From: Candidatus Marinacidobacterium sp.
Lineage (GTDB): Bacteria; Acidobacteriota; Vicinamibacteria; Marinacidobacterales; Marinacidobacteraceae
Assembly: GCA_965204755.1 (NCBI GenBank)
Contig: OZ242011.1
Span: 3,680,001 to 3,744,000 of the forward strand
Reading direction: 5' to 3'
DNA length: 64,000 nucleotides
The notes below the pieces were generated by a model that searched no databases, was not told the DNA's origin, and saw only the letters and a program-made list of their open reading frames with translations. The translations under genes were made by a program, and so were the position numbers. Positions 60,032-64,000 of the stretch are shown here, piece by piece (the first letter of the stretch is position 1; every line of letters begins with the position of its first letter).

Positions 60032-61093
60032 GTGAGGCCGATCCCGGGGCTCGATCCGCCGGAATATGTGACTTGGGCGCCCGACCCGCAGGTCGTCCGC
60101 GAATTCGGGGACCGGGCGTTCGCGGACGACCGCCTGGCGGCCATCCTCGGGGGGACCGACGAGGACCGGCGGCTGGGGTTCTACGAGGGGCTCGCGCGCA
60201 ACCGGCTCCACGACCTGCAGTTGAAGCGCTGGGTGCGCTCCGGCGCGCTCTCGAAGGCCTGGCTCGGCCCCGGGGAAGAGGCCGTCACCGTCGGCGCCTG
60301 CCGCGCGCTCGGCGAGGGCGATGCGGTCGGGCCGATGATCCGCAACGCCGGCGCGGCCCACGAGCGGGGAATGCCGCTCTCCGCGCTCTTCCGGGGCGCG
60401 CTCGGGGCCCGGGACGGCCCGGCGGGGGGCCGCGACCTCCACTTCGGGGATCCCGAGCGCGGCGTGGTGGCGCCGATCAGCATGGTCGGGTCGCTGGTCC
60501 CGGTGATCTCCGGGATGGCGCTCGCCTTTCGGCTCCGGGGCGAGTCGAGGATCGGTCTCACCTGGGTGGGGGACGGGAGCGTGGCGACCGCCGGGTTCCA
60601 CGAGGGGATGGCGGCGGCCGCGGCGCTCCGGGCGCCGGTCGTGGTCGTGATCCAGAACAACCGGATCGCCTTGGGAACGCCGCTGCCCGGGGACGGGGTC
60701 GAGCGGCTCCGGGCCTCCGGCGGGCCCTACGGCGTCCCGCTCCTGGAAGTGGACGGCAACAATGTGCTCGAGGTGTTCGCCGCCGTCGCTCTCGCCCGGC
60801 GGACGGCGCTCGCGGAGTCCCGGCCCGTTCTGGTGCTGGCGCACACCTTCCGCATGGGCGGACATGCGACCCACGACGAGGGGCTGAGCCGGCGGCTCCT
60901 CCCGCCGGAACACTTCGAGTACTACGGCCGCCGCGATCCGGTGCGGGCGTACCGCGCGTTCCTCGCCTCGGGGTGGGATCGCGCCGACGTCTCCTGGCCG
61001 GCGGTCCCGGAGGACCGGCTCGCGGGGATCGAACGCCGCGTCGAGGCCGAAGTCGAAGCGGCGCAGGCGGAGGCGCTCGCCTCGGTCGGGTAA
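60032..61093 (+). CDS. TPP-dependent 2-oxoacid dehydrogenase E1 alpha-like subunit
   Basis: GEEA; GDGS...NN TPP-binding motif; VDGNN; RMGGHATHD; DPV. Confidence 0.85.
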   Translation: MRPIPGLDPPEYVTWAPDPQVVREFGDRAFADDRLAAILGGTDEDRRLGFYEGLARNRLHDLQLKRWVRSGALSKAWLGPGEEAVTVGACRALGEGDAVGPMIRNAGAAHERGMPLSALFRGALGARDGPAGGRDLHFGDPERGVVAPISMVGSLVPVISGMALAFRLRGESRIGLTWVGDGSVATAGFHEGMAAAAALRAPVVVVIQNNRIALGTPLPGDGVERLRASGGPYGVPLLEVDGNNVLEVFAAVALARRTALAESRPVLVLAHTFRMGGHATHDEGLSRRLLPPEHFEYYGRRDPVRAYRAFLASGWDRADVSWPAVPEDRLAGIERRVEAEVEAAQAEALASVG

Positions 61094-61144
61094 CTCCCGA
61101 AAGCGGCCGGCCGGGTCTGCCGGGCCGGTCGGGCGGGCGGCTCG

Positions 61145-61579
61145 TCAGTCCGGGGACTTCTTCGGGCGGCGCTCCACCGGGAAGTGGTTCAGGCCGAGGC
61201 GTGCGGCGGAACGGTCGGTCTGGTCCACGATGGCGGCGGCGTTGATGCCGATGGCGATCACGATCGCCTCGCTGATCTCCTCGCGGGTCGCCCCGGCCTT
61301 GATCGCCTTCTTGATGTGGCCGTCCAGGCACCCCTCACACTGGGCGACCAGCGAACAGGCGAGCGCGATGAGTTCCTGGGTCCGGGCGTCGAGGTGGGCG
61401 TTCTCCGAGAAATAGGTCTCCTTGTAGAACTGGCCGTAGATCGCCTTCATCCGCGGCTCCAGCATCGAGTACGACGCCGGGGGGCGGGCCTGCTTCCCGG
61501 CGCCGCCGACTTCGTCCGGTTCGTAATCGATGCCCGGGATGCGCGCCTCCGCCGGGGAGGGCGCCGTCTTCTTCGCCAT
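61145..61579 (-). CDS. Carboxymuconolactone decarboxylase/AhpD-like protein
   Basis: LDARTQELIALACS..QCEGCLDGH...AGATREEISE. Confidence 0.85.
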   Translation of the reverse strand: MAKKTAPSPAEARIPGIDYEPDEVGGAGKQARPPASYSMLEPRMKAIYGQFYKETYFSENAHLDARTQELIALACSLVAQCEGCLDGHIKKAIKAGATREEISEAIVIAIGINAAAIVDQTDRSAARLGLNHFPVERRPKKSPD

Positions 61580-61827
61580 GCCGTTTCGTCCTGTCCGTAG
61601 TCCTGTCTGGATCGTGGTTCGGGTGGGGCCGCCGTCCCGAGCGCGGCCGGTTTCTCAGCGCCGCCCCGCCGCGGGACCCGCGGCGGCCCGTCTCGGAACC
61701 GGGACGATCCCGCGGAGGATGGCGGCGCGTCGGGGAAGCGAGAGTACACCGAACGCGCTCCGCGAGGGGAGGTTCCGTTCGTCCGCCGCCGCCTCCGGAA
61801 GAGGCGGCCGGGCGCCCGGGTCGGGGT

Positions 61828-63999
61828 TCAGGTTCCGTCCGGGCGGCGGGCGCGGGGTCGGCCCTTCGGTCTCTCGCGCCCGCGGGGGCGGGCGCCGGCG
61901 GGGGGCGGCGCCGGCGCCGCGGCGATCAGTCGGCCGGTGACTTCCTCGATCCGGGTCAGGGTTTCGACCGCCGGAGGCGCGAGGGCGAAGCCCGCGGCGC
62001 GGGCGCGCTCCCGGAGGACCGCCGCTTCGCGCGCGGCTTCCCGGGCCGGGGCGTCGCGGTCGGCGGCGCGCCCCGCGCCCAAGCGGCGCTGGAGGATTTC
62101 GGCCGCGGATTCCGCGCCCGCGTTCGCGTCCCGTTCGCCGGCCAACTCCTCCACCGCGGAAAGGAGCCCGGCCAGCCGGGAGGCGACCAGGGACTGGTCG
62201 AAACGGGTCCCGGCGAAGGCGTCCGGAGCGGCCTCGTACGCCTCGCCCAGGCACTCCGCGAGTCGGCGCTCCGCCTTCTCCTCCTGCGGGCCGGGGCGAA
62301 GTCCGGGGGTCGGCTTCCGGCGGCGGCGGTGCTCGGTCCAGAGTTTCTCCGCCGCCGCCGGGCGCTCGGCGGGGGGGAGCGTCGCCGTCTCTTCCACGCG
62401 GGCCAGGAGGTCGGCTGCGTCCGGCGGGTCCTCGGCCGTCCGGGACGCCTCGTCCCGGGCTCGGCGGCGGCGGTCGCGGGCGTCGTCGCAGGCGGTACGG
62501 AATTCGTCCCAGAGCCGGTCACTCGCGCTCCGTGGGACCGGGGGGGCCTCCTTCCATTCCGTCATCAGCGCGCGAACGCCGGAATGGACCGCTTTTTCGT
62601 CCGTTTCTTCGAGGAGGGCCTTCGCCCGGGCGATCAGCGCCTCCCGCGCGGCGATGTTGGCCGCGAACTCCTGGCGGCGTTGCTTCCGGATCTCGCCGAT
62701 GGCGTCGAAGTAGCGCCGGTTGGCCGCCCGGAACCGCTTCCAGACCTTCTCGGACTTCTTCCGGCCGAGGCCTCGGGCGTTTTCGCGCCACTCGTCCATG
62801 AGGGCGGCCATCTCCGAACTCCGCTTCGGGTCCTCGCCGCCTCCGATCTCCTCGGCGCGTTCCGCCAGTCGGCCCAGCGCCTCGAGTTGTTCGGCGGCCC
62901 GCTTCTCGGCGGCCTCCCGGAGCGGCGCCACCCGCTCGAGCAGCCGCGCGCGGAGGACCGTCCACTCTTCCCAGAGCGCCTGCCCGCGGTCCCGCTCGGT
63001 GTGCCGGACCTCGCGCCACTGTTTCTCGAGTTTCCCGAGTTCGCGGTCGAGCGCGCGCGGGTCCTCGATGGACTCGACTTCCCGGGCGCGGCGGATCAAC
63101 TCCTCCTGTTCGGCGAGGTTCGACCACCTCTTCCACTCCCGGAGTTCGCGCGCTTCACGCAGCCGGGGGATCAGCGCGGCCTGCAGGCGCTCGAGCCGGG
63201 CCCTTCGCTCCGCGCCCAGCGCCCGCCAGTCCGCCGGTCGGTTGCGGAGAGTCCCGAGTTCGCGGAGGGCGGCCTCCGCCTCGGGAAGGGAAAGGGTCTT
63301 CGCGCCTTCGAGTTCGGTCAGCCGCCGTTCGAGTCCGGAGAGTCGAGCCCGGCGGTCCTCGACCTGCTTGCGAGAAACGCGTTCGCGGGCTTCCAGGCGG
63401 TCTTCGATGGCGGACGCCGCGCGGCGGAAACGCGCGGCGTCTTCGGAGTCCGCGGAAGGGCGGACCGGAGCGGGCCGTCCGCCCTCCCCCGGTTCGTCCG
63501 GCGGGCCGCCCGCGTCTCCGGGCGGCGGCGGCAGGTCGGGTTCCGGCGCGGATTCCGCGGCCCCGGCGGCCGCCTCCGGCCGCGCGGACTCCTCGGCGTC
63601 GGGCGGCGCTTCGGTCGCGGCCGGCTCTTCGGTCGCGGCCGGCTCTTCGGTCGCGGCCGGTTCTTCGGTCCCGGTCGGCTCTTCGGAGGCCGGGGTGTCC
63701 GTCGAGGTCGCCTCCTCGGCCGTGCCCGATTTCTCGGACGGGGGCGGCCCTCCCGCCGGTTCGGCGCCGCGGGTCAAGGCGGCGAACCGGCGGTTCAGCC
63801 GCGCGAGTTCGCGCCGGGCTCCTTCGGGGCGCTCGGCGTCCGGACGCTCGGTCAGGCTCTTGAGGAACGACTCCGCCTGGTCCGCGATCTCCGCGAGCGC
63901 GAAGGCGGCCTCGCGCTCCTTCTTCCGGGAAAACGCGCGTTCCCGCGCCGCGCGCGCCGCCGCCTTCCATTCCTCCCGAACCGGAGCGTCTTCGGCGAT
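61828..63999 (-). CDS. DUF349-like coiled-coil protein (5' end beyond the window)
   Basis: Frame stays open to the window end; repeats such as REWKRWSNL..QEEL, W..F.AA...YF and W...PPVPR...LWDEF. Confidence 0.75.
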   Translation of the reverse strand: MAEDAPVREEWKAAARAARERAFSRKKEREAAFALAEIADQAESFLKSLTERPDAERPEGARRELARLNRRFAALTRGAEPAGGPPPSEKSGTAEEATSTDTPASEEPTGTEEPAATEEPAATEEPAATEAPPDAEESARPEAAAGAAESAPEPDLPPPPGDAGGPPDEPGEGGRPAPVRPSADSEDAARFRRAASAIEDRLEARERVSRKQVEDRRARLSGLERRLTELEGAKTLSLPEAEAALRELGTLRNRPADWRALGAERRARLERLQAALIPRLREARELREWKRWSNLAEQEELIRRAREVESIEDPRALDRELGKLEKQWREVRHTERDRGQALWEEWTVLRARLLERVAPLREAAEKRAAEQLEALGRLAERAEEIGGGEDPKRSSEMAALMDEWRENARGLGRKKSEKVWKRFRAANRRYFDAIGEIRKQRRQEFAANIAAREALIARAKALLEETDEKAVHSGVRALMTEWKEAPPVPRSASDRLWDEFRTACDDARDRRRRARDEASRTAEDPPDAADLLARVEETATLPPAERPAAAEKLWTEHRRRRKPTPGLRPGPQEEKAERRLAECLGEAYEAAPDAFAGTRFDQSLVASRLAGLLSAVEELAGERDANAGAESAAEILQRRLGAGRAADRDAPAREAAREAAVLRERARAAGFALAPPAVETLTRIEEVTGRLIAAAPAPPPAGARPRGRERPKGRPRARRPDGT
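63609..63686 (-). repeat. 18-nt tandem repeat encoding TEEPAA linker
   Basis: cttcggtcgcggccggct-like unit, about 4.3 copies. Confidence 0.85.
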
Positions 64000-64000
64000 C

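Noticed and set aside
63609-63686. Tandem repeat as a regulatory or mobile feature
   Set aside because: In-frame 18-nt unit encoding a low-complexity linker within a CDS.

Overview
A 64-kb, very GC-rich (roughly 70%+ by eye), densely coding bacterial segment. Gene content (many Tat/lipoprotein-secreted hydrolases, seven PQQ/BamB-like beta-propellers, ankyrin and Fn3 fusions, a TonB-dependent receptor) suggests a diderm such as an Acidobacteriota or Planctomycetota-like organism, possibly host (sponge) associated; this is inference. From left to right: FtsX-type permease (5'-truncated), M28 peptidase, TonB receptor, sulfatase-Fn3; a surface-polysaccharide mini-locus (sugar transferase, ugd, Wzx-like, O-antigen ligase/Wzy-like) with G30 and G23 tracts in its divergent intergenic regions; a translationally coupled four-gene tandem module of two matrixin-like metalloproteases (the second with HQxxH, likely inactive), each followed by a small Cys-tailed exported partner; amidohydrolase, NCS2 permease, Tat aminotransferase and Tat GH-like lipoprotein; a copA/copB copper cassette; a 16-kb beta-propeller cluster with Fe-ADH and S9 peptidase; a Type I R-M locus carrying nested cargo (a Schlafen/AlbA_2-GHKL protein with an unusual beta-rich tail, an 81-aa ORF, and an ABC-ATPase + DUF4276-like pair); TAXI-TRAP transporter, amidase with a small Tat partner, dacB, a lone E1-alpha, a CMD protein and a DUF349-like protein (truncated). 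Across the whole window AGCT and ACGT are almost absent and are replaced by their C-to-T deamination products. No rRNA, tRNA, CRISPR array, transposase or integrase was recognised. All family calls come from motifs read by eye; no searches were run.
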